A stretch of DNA of 64,000 nucleotides from the human T2T-CHM13v2.0 reference genome, Homo sapiens, in assembly GCF_009914755.1 (NCBI RefSeq), contig NC_060926.1; one strand, given 5' to 3'. The position numbers and the translations under genes were made by a program. Shown here one piece after another: positions 28,604-43,998 of this stretch. Each line of letters opens with the position of its first letter. The first letter of the stretch is position 1. A model generated the notes under the pieces. It did no database searches. It was not told where the DNA came from and was given only the letters and a program-made list of their open reading frames with translations.

Positions 28604-30317
28604 TCATGATTTCCGTGCCACAGAAGTTTGTATTGCCTTGAGAAAGGTAGGACTGACTTTAATAGGTATTTAGTTGAGGACCAAATATACACTAAGGTCA
28701 ACACTAGGAGGACAGTAATTTAAAACTTTAAGAATTGTGCATGTATTTATATTTTTATACCTAATTGTAATTTAAACCAAAATGTTAGGTGTTATTGACA
28801 ATGAATGTGTGTATTGAGCTTGACTCTCTATGTGAGTCAAGTTCAAATTTCATTTGAAATTTAAACTCTTGTAAAACATAAGCACATTTTTTATTGATGT
28901 GGGGGTCTCTCGTCAATAAGGGCTTTGTTTGTTGGTTTCTTTTAAACCAGCAATTCTCTTCAGAAAGAAAGCATGAGCAGAGTTCAGAATCAATTCCATT
29001 TTCTTCTTTATTGTCAACATTAGTGTATTTATGTCATGTACATAAAAAGGCATATACATATGCAGAAATAGTAAGGCTACTATTAGTTAATTTTCTATTT
29101 AATAAAAAATTTGTTTGTTTATTGTTTCCTTAGTGCTGGCAGACTAGTATATATTATTTTGTTAATTCTTAGATGCACCATCTGAGGTAGGAACATAGAG
29201 GGAGAGCTCAGAGCAAATGGGCCTACTGACGTCTCTAGTAAATGGCAACTCTGGGATTTTTACACAGATCCATTTAACTCAGAGTTCATATACAGCCTTA
29301 CATAACATGTCTCACATTCCAGGCACTTTCCACACATGTTCGTATATTGTCCTCAATTTTCCACCGAAAAGCAAACCTAATGGGAATGGTTAGAGATTGG
29401 ATAGATTATTGGGGTGTTTAAAATTACTGGTAAAATTCAGAACAGACCATACTGTTTGTACAGGGCCCAGTGGGAGAAGTGGGTAGGTCCTGAGCAGGGT
29501 GATCAGGAAGGGAAGAGACCTGATTTGATGGAGAGAATTCTGGGAGCAGAGAGATTGGCATGAAATCTGTCTCAAAGGCAGCATAAGTCAGAATATATTT
29601 GTTCTTTAACCAGGAAAAATATCTGACCAGGGTCCATGTTACAGAACAAAACATGGCAAGAGGCAGGCATGAATGAGGTTCTGAGGAAACAGTGGTGGAG
29701 AGACTGGAAATCTGTGATTAAAACAAACAAACAAACAAACAAACACCTCAACTAGAAGATAGATACAAATAGAAGGGAAAAAAGAGAAAGGGAAGAAATT
29801 CACAGTTACATAATACTTTACAGTTTAGAAAATGCTATATATATATATTGCATTTGATTCTGTGGAAATCTGCAAAAAGCCTTTTATGTAATTTGGATAA
29901 AACTTTAGGAGTATTGTGTAGCTCTGCAGAAAATACAGTAGAGGGGAGAGATGCTGGAGTCTGGAAGACAGGTGGTTCAGTTGTCAAATGACTCAGCCTT
30001 GGACCCAGTTTGTGGCCATGGCAATGAATATGAAGCCAAAAAATGAAAGAAAAGGCAATAAGAGATAGGGTGATCCACCGAATATGAGAATGGACACGAG
30101 GAGAATAAGAATCTGTTCAAATAATATACACTTAATGAAGAGGAAAGTAGCCCAACTATAGTCAACAAATACAATCTGGGGATTTCTTTTTTCAGGCAAA
30201 GAAAATAAAACTTTTTTTTTAATTTATTTTTTTAGTGGGGGTGTAATGCCCGAGGTCAGATTCTTAGCTGTGCAATGAAGGTAATGAATGAGAGAACAAG
30301 TTTAAACAGAGGTGACT

Positions 30318-30320
<3 letters not shown>

Positions 30321-30411
<91 letters not shown>

Positions 30412-30421
30412 CGAGAGAGAG
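30321..30421. repeat. Compound microsatellite (GA)n(GT)n(GA)n
   Basis: Directly visible. Confidence 0.97.
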
Positions 30422-31787
30422 CCAAATGGGGATTGTAACTAAGTAACTAAGGAGGAAAACTCCCCCACAGGGACCCCAGTCCAGAAGGAAAAGAGTGAAG
30501 AGACAAGGTTAGAATGGGCTAGAAGGATGCTCAGAAGAGACCAGCACAGTACAAAGGGGAAGGTGGTCAAGAGGATGAGAGGATTCCTGGTGGGTCTGGT
30601 ATATTGTGATGTAAGTTTTTGCTTTAGGTGAGAAGTTAGTCAAGTGGTTTTTATATATCTTCCAAGTCTACAATTTTATGATTCTATATAAAACTTTGTG
30701 TACACATGCCTATGTATGTAACATGTATTGTGTGTACCTATTCAAATAGTTCCCTCTAAGAAAGATTAAGTGCTTCTTTGACTGCAGATATGAAAACAAG
30801 GTACCTAGATAATAAAATGATAGGTGCTTTCATTTTTCAAACAAGAACAAAAACTGACATGTTTGAGGCCAGTTGGCAGGAGAGCAACAATCCTAAAAGA
30901 GATCATTATGACTGCAGACAGTATTGTGACTTCCGGCCTAAGTTCCCTTTTATGACTACTTGGAAGGTGGCTGCGTCAATCCCTTGGCTCAAGTTTCATT
31001 TCAAAAATCTGCCATGTGTCTAAGGACGTCGCTGTTTCCCTAGACTGAGAGTGAGCTGGCTGTGCTGGCCATGCTGTTAGTACCACCGCACGAGGTACTG
31101 TTGAGGACTTGTCTGTGGAAGAAGCATCCCTGGCTTGTGTAGCTTTTGAAAGATGGAGCTTTTGAGTCTTGATTTAAGCTTTTAGTTTCCCAGCTCCCCT
31201 GTCCTACCCCAAACTGTTCTGCCCACTGCAGCTCAACAGCCATTCTTTATTCCTTTCAACACAGTGGTATATGTGGCTACTGCCCAGCTCTTTAATTCTA
31301 TGTATCAGTCTGCCAAGAATATATAGTCAGACTCGGTTTTCATTCACAATTGACTGAAACACACTCACTAGAAGAAAATAGCCCAGTGGTTCCTACTTAT
31401 GGTCCAACAGTCACTGTCAGTCACCCTTCATCTTGCAGTTGAGCTCTCTGACAAGATGTTCCCTGCAAACTCTGCGTCACAGGGGAGTGGAAATGGCCAG
31501 TCATGGTAACATGAGCTTTAGGCTCTGTGTTGTTTTGGCAGTTTGGTTTTGGCAGTGGAAAATAAGGGCTCCTTCCCTGCCAATAACTGTACTAGCAACA
31601 CATGTGATATCCCAGATTTACTGGTTCACCACCAAGAACAACACTGAATTTTTCATTTCATTTTCAACTATTTTCCAGGAATAGGTGTAAAATTAGTAAA
31701 TGGTGCTTTCTATGTGGAACGTGTCAAGAACATGTTTAGCACATTGGTAAAAGATAATGATCTTTTTGTTCCTTGTGTATTTGTTCA

Positions 31788-32103
31788 TGATTGATTGATT
31801 GATTTGATTGTTGTTGCTTTTGAGGCAGAGTCTTGCTCTTGTCACCTAGGCTGGAGTGCAGTGGCGCAATCTCGGCTCACTGCAACCTCCACCTCCCGAG
31901 TTCAGGCAGTTCTCATGCCTCAGGCTCCTGAGTAGTTGGGACTACAGACACGCCACCACGCCCAGCTAATTTTTGTATTTTTAGTAGAGACGGGGTTTTG
32001 CCATGTTGGCCAGGCTGGTCTCGAACTCCTGACCTCAAGTGATCTGCCTGCCTTGGCCTCCCAAAGTGCTAAGATTACAGGCATGAGCCACCATGCCCGG
32101 CCC
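31788..32103 (-). mobile_element. Alu (AluS-like) with (GATT)n/(GTT)n tail
   Basis: Reverse dimeric consensus. Confidence 0.94.
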
Positions 32104-32330
32104 ATGATTGTTTGATATTATGGTGTCAGGCGTCCCAGACAAATTTGTTTACTTGGGTGGATTCATTCAGTATGAATTTCTGAACTTTGAGGAATGTGTG
32201 TTCTATATATTTTTTTTCCCATGCGGAGGAGATCTCTTTCTGTCCCTTTCCCATATTCTTGCTTGAAATCTAACATTCACCTGGCTTTGGGAAAAGAACA
32301 TCTTCTAGCCTTATAATGAGTCTAATGTGA

Positions 32331-32745
<415 letters not shown>

Positions 32746-32990
32746 GTCTTTTTTTTCTACCTTGGAAAATGGTGGAGGGCTCCTTTCTATATGAAGACAC
32801 TATTGGTCTCTGTGTGATGTGGCTTCATTTTTATGCAGAGATGGTACATTTAGTAGTTCTTTGTATGGTATGGTTGATTCCCAAACAATCTTGCAAGGAA
32901 TTTTACTATTAGTTATCCATTTATTTGCTTCTTTAGATTTTAGGTTTAAGAATCCATCATCTTTGTAGAAATAGAGGCTATTCTGTAATC

Positions 32991-34270
32991 CAGTAGTTTC
33001 CAACTTTTGGCCCCTGGAGCCCTTTTTATGCTCTTAAAAATCACTGAGGTCCCTAAAGAGCTTTTGTTTATGCAAGTTATATGTTGATATTTTCCATATT
33101 AGAAATTACAACAAAATTTCAGGCCAGGCATGGTGGCTCACGTTTGTAATCTCAGCACTTAGGGAGATTGACTCGTAGAAGATAGCTGCATTCTTAGATC
33201 TGCTTCTGCATTTAGTCACTTCTGCTGTTGTTTTTGTTGAAGTAGATGAAGAAAATTTAGCCTCACACAGATATGTAGATGAAATAGAATTATGTCAACA
33301 GCATTTTCAGATAATAGTGGGCATTCTTCTTTGATACTATACAAACACTAGACAAGTAGTAATTTCTTAAAGGTTAGTCACAAAGTAGAATCCGAAATCG
33401 TATCGATGAACTTTTTCCATACTGTTGCATTAAAATCTATTTGCCTATATTGCACCTTGAATGAATTTATAAATTTGTAACAACATTCAGTGATCATTGG
33501 GAAAATAATGGTACACTGAGTTATCTAGATCTTCTAATAATTGGCACATTTCCTAATATACTATTTTAACAAATCACATGCATTATTTTTACCTCCAATC
33601 TCATTAGAAAATTCTTTAAATACTGGGAAGCAGTCAGACTCCTCGTGGTGGGTACAGTTTTCATGTGTTTGCTTAATTTTTATCATTGATAACAAATATT
33701 GTCAGCTGTTATCTTTAAATTAAAAGGTGCACTTTGTTCATTTTCAAGAAAATACCTGCCAAGTGCATAAGTCTGAATTTGTCAGTCATGCTTTCAAGTA
33801 AGAACAAAGAGTGGCTAGTTCATCTTGCAACTGAAATAATCACAGAAATGCTTTTTCCTCAAGACAACCATACTTCAATATGCGGCAGAAATGCTTTATG
33901 CAGACTCCCCATTTCATCATCTAGAGTATCATAAAGATGTGTATCTAGGGGTTGAGATGTATAAAATTAATACCTTTTACTGCTTCATCAATGATATTCT
34001 TAAGTGAAACTGGCTTTTTAAAACTGAGAATGCGTGGCTGTGGTGAATACAGGGATTACTGGTATAATTTGGTGCACTGCCTTGATGCATGCTATGGCAC
34101 TGGCAGTATTCACTCATTGTTCCTTTTGTGCCACCAGTGCCAACTGCCAACTCTGTGAAAGTATTAAGTAACATCTTAGTAGTATTATACAAATAATGCT
34201 GCCCTCACAAACCTCATAAAAGGGCCTAAAGTACCCTTGGTGTTCAAGGACCACACTTTAAGAACTGGTA
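32991..34270. mobile_element. Charlie1-family hAT DNA transposon (non-autonomous), with an Alu 5' fragment at 33122-33166
   Basis: cagtagtttccaactttt...ctcttaaaaatcactgagg...aaagagcttttgtttatg at one end, ggaccacactttaagaac at the other. Confidence 0.85.
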
Positions 34271-34889
34271 CCCAAATCCATTCTCTGCTGTCATCTTGGG
34301 CTGGGTGGAAGTGGTTCCAATTGGCTAAGCGCAAAATCCTTCTGCTTAAGACCCAGAGGTGACTGTGGGTGTTAGGGTGAACTTGGGGAAAAGCAAAGAT
34401 GAAAGTAGAAGGGTTGGGAAATGAGAGAAGCGAGCTGTAGACAAACTGCAGGCATTTGCCTGTTGTTGGCCTGAGATATTTGGTCTATCCAAGAGTCCCT
34501 GTCTTCAAGGTCTCTGCATTCATGGCACACCATGCACTGATTAGATTTGTAGTGATTTAGGTGTGAGGAGAGCATGGGCTGATAGCTGCCTCTTGCGCAG
34601 GCCCCAAGATCTGAAATTGCTGCAGGCTTTAGACAGCTCTAGCCACGTGCTCTTGCTGTGGTTTAGAGAACATGCGATAACCCCTAGAGATGTCATTGTG
34701 TCCCTTCCCTTGCTCAGCTTGACCTAATTGGATATGCTCAAAGGATGAAGCTGTGAAGAGAAATGATTGAAAATAAAGAACAGTGTTAGGCTCCTTCAAC
34801 TTTGAGGGGTCTGACTGGTAAGTCATCCCAGAGAGGACTGAAGGCCTTTGTCATGTAATCCTCAGGTGGCTATTTAAATACCATTCTCA

Positions 34890-35173
34890 GGCTGGGTGCG
34901 GTGGCTCATGCCTGTAATCCCAGCACTTTGGGAGGCTGCGGTGGGTGGATCACTTGAGGCCAGGAGTTCAAGACCAGCCTGGCCAACATGGCGAAACCCC
35001 GTTTCTACTAAAAATACAAAAATTACCCAGGCCTGGTGGCATGTGCCTTTAATCCCAGCTACTCAGGAGGCTGAGGCAGGAGAATTGCTTGAAACCCGGG
35101 AGGTAGAGATTGCAATGAGCCAAGATTGCGCCACTGCACTCCAGCCTGGGTGACAGAGCGAGACTCTGTCTCA
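34890..35173 (+). mobile_element. Alu (AluS-like)
   Basis: Dimeric consensus; (cagt)n tail; aaataccattct / aaatatcattct flanks. Confidence 0.94.
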
Positions 35174-35246
35174 ATCAGTCAGTCAGTAAATATCATTCTT
35201 TATTGAAGAAATGGAAGGTATTTTGGCTTTCTAGTAGAAATGGGGG

Positions 35247-35722
35247 TGTATTAGGGCTCTCCAGAGAAACAGAGACAACAGGACATCTATAGATATATCT
35301 GAAGATATAAGAGGAAACATTATGGGAATTGCTCACGTGGTTATGGAGGTAGAGAAGTTCCATGCTACGCATCTGTAAGCTGGAAATCCAGAAAAGCTAG
35401 GGTGTCATTCAGCTCAAGTCTGAAGGCCTGAGAAGTAAGAGCAAGTGGTGTAAGTTATGGAGTCTGAAGGCCTGAGAACCAAGAGCTCCATTGTCCAAGG
35501 GCAGGGGAAGAAGATGGATGTCCCAGCTCAAGATGAGAGAGAATTCACCCTTCCTCCAAATTCTTTTTGTTCTGTTTGGGCCCTCAGTGGATTGGAGACG
35601 CCCAGCCACATTGGAGAGGGACGTCTTCTTTACTCACTGTCACAGACACACCCAGAAATATTTCACCAGCTCTTGGACATCACTTCACCGTCTCAAGTTG
35701 ACGCATAAAGTTAACCATTACA
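35247..35722 (-). mobile_element. MLT2 (ERVL) solo LTR
   Basis: tgtattagggctctccagagaaacaga...caagttgacgcataaagttaaccattaca matches reverse MLT2 ends. Confidence 0.88.
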
Positions 35723-35886
35723 AGTAGCCTTGAAAGACTCTATGTGTCCTTCCTAATGACCAGGAGATGTGAGTCTTGCATTGAAGCTAGAGAGGTTCAG
35801 GCTGGACTTGAAGCATATTTCGGAAAGAGATCATTTATGACCTATTGTAAGGAGGAGTTTTACTCTCTAGAATTTATTGAAGGTCA

Positions 35887-35927
<41 letters not shown>

Positions 35928-37768
35928 GAGGTAGTAAAAAGACATTTCTCATTGAAGGGGTGATGCGTCAATGAGTCGTCCTTTGGGGATTTTACGATCC
36001 TTTTGCTTCTGTCTTTGGGTTCTTTATTCAGTACAGCAAAATATGGGTGTGGAAAGTAAGACAGTCATCTGGCTGCTCTGTGTGCCTCCTGCCAAACATC
36101 TGGATATCTGGAAACACCTGGAAAAGTTACTGAAGTTTTCACAAGGGTGTTTAGCATTATGCGAATGAAACCTCAGGCTCATAGTCATCTCCTGGTCCAG
36201 GATTGATACAAATGTTGTATTTATGAAGGAGGAGAGTTGACTAGGTTATAGAATACATTTAGTTGCTTAGCTTTCATTAGTTTTTGTTTTAGCGGAGTGA
36301 GATAAGGTTGTTCAGTTTCAGAGCATTTCAGCTGGATGAACATATTCACAGTTAAATCCCAAGGAGACATGAGAGCCAGCAGCAGGTTGGAGTGATCTGC
36401 TTCTGTCATGGCTGCTGCATGGTGTATGTGTATGAAATGTCCAATCACTTCAAGAGACAACAATAACAGACCATTGACAGCCACAGAACACCCCAGAAAA
36501 GTGGTTTTGTCAGGCCATTATGGCCCTCATATAGCCCTCAGACTGCTGGTGCACTCAGTAGATGGTAAAAGATGGTTTTCACCTAGGACTAACTATGAAA
36601 TAACTGTTTACTTCACAAGGCCCTGAAAAGAAAACAGAACTTTTGTTCTCAGGCAGGCCCCGAGAAGGGTCGTCTAATCAGTCATAATAGAGTGTGCCTC
36701 TAAAACGGTGCCTTCCTGCAGGGAGCCTTGCAGATCACAGGGGCCTATTGTAAGAGGAGAAAAAGAAAGTATTGAGGCAGGCGCCAGGCAACAAGGCAAG
36801 AAGGAAACACTTAAGCAAAGGGCCTTTAATTTTTATATAACTAACCCAGAAGCATATTTTATAGCCATCTCATAAGAGTCAGGCCTCAATTTGGCTACAG
36901 ACTTTGCATGGTTCCCTGGGAGCTGTTGCTGGGGAAAGCCAGAGACTGTTACTCACCTTGAAGAGGGACAGAGAGGTGGCTGAAGTCTGGGAGTGTGTTC
37001 ACTTCAACATCTGGCTGGCAAGATAATACCCAAGGTTTTTGTAAAACCATCTCCTCTCCACTATTAGCCTTTAGGGAAAGCATCCCCTAACCGCCGCCCA
37101 CCCTTTGAGATGCTTTAAACTATAGCCACCTTTGCCTCCAGGGTCCCAGATTGATCCAAATGGTTTGGGACACTGTTCACAAATGTCTTTCACAGATGTT
37201 GGAGAGCATAGTTGGAGCTTTTTTTTTTTTGGCAGAAGTTTTGCTTTTGCTTCAATTCTCCTTTACATGAAAATGAATCTTGCTTGTCCTGGGAGTGGCC
37301 CACGTTATCTGTGCAGGGTATGGGATTTCATAGCTTCACAATCAGGAGTGAACCAGATGGGGCAAGAGAGTGGTTTGACCTTTATGTTTGGTATTCAGGG
37401 CCAGCACAGCCAAGTGCATTCCTCTGAATTTGTTTCTGTGGAGCTTCCATGCCAGTCAGCTTGGCCATATCATGTTCTATTGCCATGCTAGATGAGAATT
37501 TTAGACGTTCAAGAATACTGAGGGAGAGAATTTTTTTCAAATTTTTTATTTGCAATGAAACCTTTTTTTCCCCTCAAAAGCAATCTTATCAGACAACTAA
37601 GTAAGTATAAGAAAGAAGATCTGGATAGTGAGGGTAGAATTCTCAAGAACCTTACTTAGGCTTTCCCTTTCTCGGCCAAGCCCCTGACTTGGAATTCCCC
37701 CTTACTCCCAAAGCTCTGTAACCCATATAGTTTCTTCTCCTTTATTTCCTCTGTAACCCTGATGGCTT

Positions 37769-38089
37769 TCTTTCTTTTCTTTTCTTTTTTCTTTTTTTTT
37801 TTTTTTTGAGATGGAGTCTCGCTCTGTCACCCAGGCTGGAGTGCAGTGGCACGATCTCGGCTAACTGCAACCTCCATCCCCCAGGTTCAAGCAATTCTCC
37901 TACCTCAGCCTCCTGAATAGCTGGGATTACAGGCGCCTGCCACGACGCCCAGCTAATTTTTGCATTTTTAGTAGAGACTGGTTTTCACTACCTTGGCCAG
38001 GCTAGTCTCGAACTCCTGACCTCAGGCAATCCGCCCACCTTGGCCTCCCAAAGTGCTGGGATTACAGGCATGAGCCACCGCGCCGGCCG
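37769..38089 (-). mobile_element. Alu (AluS-like)
   Basis: Reverse dimeric consensus. Confidence 0.95.
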
Positions 38090-38124
38090 ATTGCTTTCTT
38101 AAAGTATGGCTTGCAAACCAGTAG

Positions 38125-38523
<399 letters not shown>

Positions 38524-40424
38524 TAACAACAGGGTAGTGGCTGAACTGTGACTTATAACCCAGGTTTTACAGTCTTGTCTAATGTGCCACATAGTCCCAT
38601 TTCTACCCTTATAGCCCTTTACCCCCATCAGTCTTAGAGCTTGAAGGTGCAAAGAGAGGCAGTTGTATTAGGCAGGACCCCACAGGGATGGGCAGATAGG
38701 TGGCTGTGTTAGCAGACTGAAGTCTGTGGTCCAGGATTGGAGCCTGATCATTTTTACATTAACTGGGATCGTGAATTTATTCACTTGCAGCCGGTTTATA
38801 GATGATTTATAATGAAGATGCCTCTTGGTTTTCAGTAGGGTACATACTTTTCCAGGGCATATACTTTTATTTGTCTGCTGGTTTACTTAATTGCTGGTAG
38901 CCCCAGCTGCTAGCAGTAGTAGTCTAATTCCTGATAGGGCAGTCCAGTGCACAGAAGGGCTCCTTGCCGCTCTGCTCGGCTCAGTTTTTCTGTAGCTCTT
39001 AAACTTTCTCCCCACCCCACTTAATAGAGTACATGTTATTGATTTGGAAACTGGTATCAAAGCTGGTGGGAGAACGAGATATACCAGTGAATATAAAAGT
39101 CAAGAATGACACGTTTCAGCTGCAAGAATATAGCTTTTTTATTAAAAAGTTTTTGCACCGTGTATTATCTGGCCTTTGTGGGCAGATGGAAGTGATGCCC
39201 ATCAATATAGAATGTGTAATGATGTACACGTGCAAATATGCTCCTGGCTCTTAGAAACGTTTTGATGAAGCGCTCGAGTTCATTCCCATGCAGGCCAATG
39301 CATGGATTCTGAAAATAACTGAAAATTAGTGTCTCGTTCCTTTCATCCTCACCGATTTTCTAAAGAGGCCACCGCAAAGGAGAGAGCATGTTCCACCATG
39401 ATGGTCCTGTTTCACCCAGTGCGTGGGGGTGCTCCAGATGTGAGCAGTATGAACGAAGACAACTTTCCTTTGATGTGGGACACAACTTTTACCAACCTTC
39501 CCCAAACATATCTTCCTGTTTCCTGTGGGATTGTAGTGTACACTTGTTTAATGATTGCTAAAGTAATGGAGAAACAAATGTGAATCTGGCCTGCATGCTT
39601 CCTTTCCTTCCTCAGAAACAAAGTGGGGCTCTGGAATCCTTGCTGTGCCTGTGGAATGTGTCAGGAAACACAACCCTGAGTTCATTAGTTGAGATTGGCA
39701 GCAAAGCAGCCTTGGGTCTGGTGGAGCTGTGGTAGTAGGGGTCCTTCTAGTCCTTACCATGGAGAGTGGTCACTCTGTTGCTTTCAAGGTTTCCCAAAGC
39801 CGGCATTTGTATTCATAATGTCATTTTGTGCATTTGGGTTATTTTCGCCAAGTTCATAGCAGCTGTAAATAAGAAGATATTTAAGTCTGTTTTTTTTTTT
39901 TTTTTTAAGATTAGAGGTATTTCTCTGTTTTGTAACGCACATGTTCTCAGTAGGGATTTGTCTGTTGACAGAATGAGGGCTCTCTAAAGAAACACATATA
40001 TTCAAGGCTCTTCTTAACATCTACTTCAGGTCTATCTGCCAGGCTAGTGATGTGTTTTTTGGGATCCTTATCCACCATGAAATCTAGTGTTGCTTGTTCT
40101 ATATTTGATGCCATCTTTTAAAGTAACAGGCTATGAGTAGTTTGTTGCCGTCCACATGTGCTTTTCCAGCCATTCAAAACCTTTTTTTTCTAAGACCCAA
40201 CATGCACCCCTTGATTATTTTTGGGTTACCTTATTATTCATTGCACTTATGCAGGGGCAGTGGGTCCATTCCTGCGGCATTCCTATGATACCCAATTATA
40301 GTAACTGTGTTTGTGTTGCTCAGTTAGAAGTTGAATGAGCTGGAGATTTAATGATCTAGTTAATCAGTTTATAATTGGTAATCAGAAAGACTGAGGGTTT
40401 AATCAGCCAGTGTGATATCATATG

Positions 40425-40600
40425 AGCCATTGGTTCCCAGATGCTGGTCCAACAACCACAAGTATTCACAGATTTCTAGGCCCATCTGGGGAGATTCTTA
40501 TTCAGTATGTCTCAATATAGACTCTAGGAATCTATCATTTTTCGAGGTTCCATGGAAGTTTCTGGTGCAGGGATGTCAAAGTATGCATGGTATAATGACT
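40425..40600. mobile_element. MER5-type hAT MITE fragment
   Basis: tggttcccagatgctggtc...cagatttctaggccc...gagattcttattcagta...aggaatct. Confidence 0.6.
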
Positions 40601-40980
40601 ATGTCTTTTAGTGATAATGTTTTTCATCTCTGTGTGTCTCAGATACTGCTGGAATGCCTTAACTACCTTCTTTAATGGAATATGTTTATATGGGCATTCT
40701 GGGCTATGTGGGAGAAGGAACCTCAGGCTGGCCATCGGGGACCTGGTTCTAGCCTTGGTTCTGCCACTCTCTCAACCTTTCATCAGGTTAGAGAAGTCTA
40801 ATCTCTGTGTAGGTCTAATTCATAAATTGAGAGCATCAGATTATGCAAAAGGCATTTTTCAGCTTTCTAACATTCTTCGAAGAGCTTTGCCTCCCTAGGA
40901 ATTGCTTTTGTTGTCACTGTTCACGAACAGCTGTTGCCTCATTTAGTTTAGCGTGTGCCTAGCCCCTCAACCAAACATGA

Positions 40981-41512
<532 letters not shown>

Positions 41513-41685
41513 TGACTGATGTCATAGTCTAGGGAGCTGGGCCTGTACTGCCTCACCCCCTTCAACAAACCTTTCATTTCCAGGAACTTGCTGTAGATTG
41601 TCTAGGGGGGCCAGCTGAGGAGGGGGGCAGAACATGGTAACCCCTTAAATCTCTGGTTGTCAGCCATTGTGGAGCATCAAAATGA

Positions 41686-42133
<448 letters not shown>

Positions 42134-42924
42134 TAGACTCTACCTTCCATGCACTGTCCCTCTGCATTCTGAAATTATTTTTTGTTAAGTCAGGTATAAA
42201 TAAATTTTCACGGAGAGTTGTCATGAAAATGCAGTAAATGGTGGTCTGAATCTGTTGGAAATACTGCTTTGAGACTAGGAGGCCCTCAGAGGCTGAAGGC
42301 TGTTCACTTTAACGTTCCCAGCGTATGGTTTAGAGATGGCCACCACTAAGGATTTACCCCCGGTGGTGCCTGTCTACCATGGTTTAATGCTTCATCATGG
42401 AGAACAGGAAGTCATTCATCGTTTTGTGAAGTGAATTTTAACATAATTACTCATTTATCTTCTATTCAGTGCAATTTAACAAATACGATTGGGAACTTAC
42501 AATGTACTAAGCATTGATGTAGATGCTATGTAGTGAACTAAACAGAATTCCTGCCTTCGTGGGAATTTCTCTTCACCAAAATATATATATATTCACTTGG
42601 AGTTTCACACGACTGAATTAAATGGCTGCATTATGAAATAACATTTTAGAAGAATTTTTGAGGATTGACCTGAGTTATCCCTAAGATCACAAATGGAATC
42701 AGAAAATTTGGAGTTTAGCATGTGAAACCTGGATTAAATTAGCAAAATGTTAACCAAGGGACTGTGTCTTACTAATGCAGCAAATAGTCAGGAGTGGTTT
42801 GGAGAAATATTTTCTGAAGGTGAAATGAATAAACCAGTGGGTATAGGACTTTGCCCCAAAAAAGTCAACCAAGGACATTGACAGAATTAAAGTTTGTCCT
42901 TTGACTTTAAAAATAAGTCTTCAG

Positions 42925-43080
42925 AGCTGGGTATGGTGGTGCCTGCTTGTAGTCCCAGCTACTTGGGAAGCTGAGGCAGGAGGATTGCCTGAGCCCAGGA
43001 GGTTGAGACTGTAGTGAGCTATCATTGTGCTACCACATTCCAGCTTGGAATCTAAAATTTAAAAAAAAGAAAGAAAAAAA
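42925..43080 (+). mobile_element. Alu monomer (FRAM/FLAM-like)
   Basis: gctgggtatggtggtgcctgcttgtagtcccagctact...A-rich tail. Confidence 0.85.
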
Positions 43081-43826
43081 GTCCCCAGAGAGTCATTTGA
43101 TAGAAATCTTTTTTGACTCTTTTTTTTTTTTTTTTTTTTTAGCTCCATGTATTTTATTTCATGTATATGCAAATACCTTTGGGCCCTGGAGTTACCAGTA
43201 TTTTATGTTTGTTTCATCTGATCAATGAAAACATTAATTAGCTGAATGCATATGTTTCAGGATTCTGGGATGCTACTTCACAAATTACTGCAGATTTCTA
43301 TACTCACCTTAAATGGGTTAATATAGCTTCCACGGTGTCTATTTCTGTATTGTAGTTTATGCACTGAGATTTTTTGATTCAGTTATACATATGAACATTT
43401 TAAATGTGCCTTTTAAAGAATTTAAATACTCATATCTTTTTGCATGTCTTTTTTCCTTTTTACAAAAGGAAGCTATGGTCGTTTTTTTTTTTTGTTTTTT
43501 TTTTTTTTTTTTACCATGACTGCATTCTTGGATTCCAAATGTATGCTAAAAAATTCGTGAGACTGCAAAGGCAACCAATGAAAGAAAAACACATTTGATA
43601 TGGATTTCAAAATATCAAGAGAATCTGGAAAGGAAACCAAGATCAGCTTTTGGTTGCAGCTCATATGGCTGTTTGTGAGTTAACTAGCTTAGAAGGGAAG
43701 TAAATAGTTTATGAGAGAGAAAAAGATAGATATTCTGGAAATCATTATTAAGCTGAAATTTCTGCATCTAATTTTGGAATGTTTATGTTTAGAAAGTCAC
43801 ATGCACAATGAAAATGTGTGTTTCAG

Positions 43827-43901
43827 GTTTGTGGAGAAAAACAGCGCTTTGAGAAGTTGATGGAACATTTCAGGAATGAAGACAATAACATAGATTTTAT
43901 G
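43827..43901 (+). CDS. FMNL2: FMNL2 coding exon (75 bp)
   Basis: tttcag|GTT TGT...; [25 protein letters not shown]; donor ATG|gtgagt; phase 0/0. Confidence 0.96.
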
Positions 43902-43956
43902 GTGAGTTATTTCAGTATTCAATAAAGCAAACTCAGTTTCAATACTTTTTTTCTAA

Positions 43957-43958
<2 letters not shown>

Positions 43959-43995
<37 letters not shown>
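43959..43995. repeat. (CA)n microsatellite, about 18 units
   Basis: Directly visible, about 57 nt downstream of the 75-bp exon donor. Confidence 0.97.
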
Positions 43996-43998
<3 letters not shown>

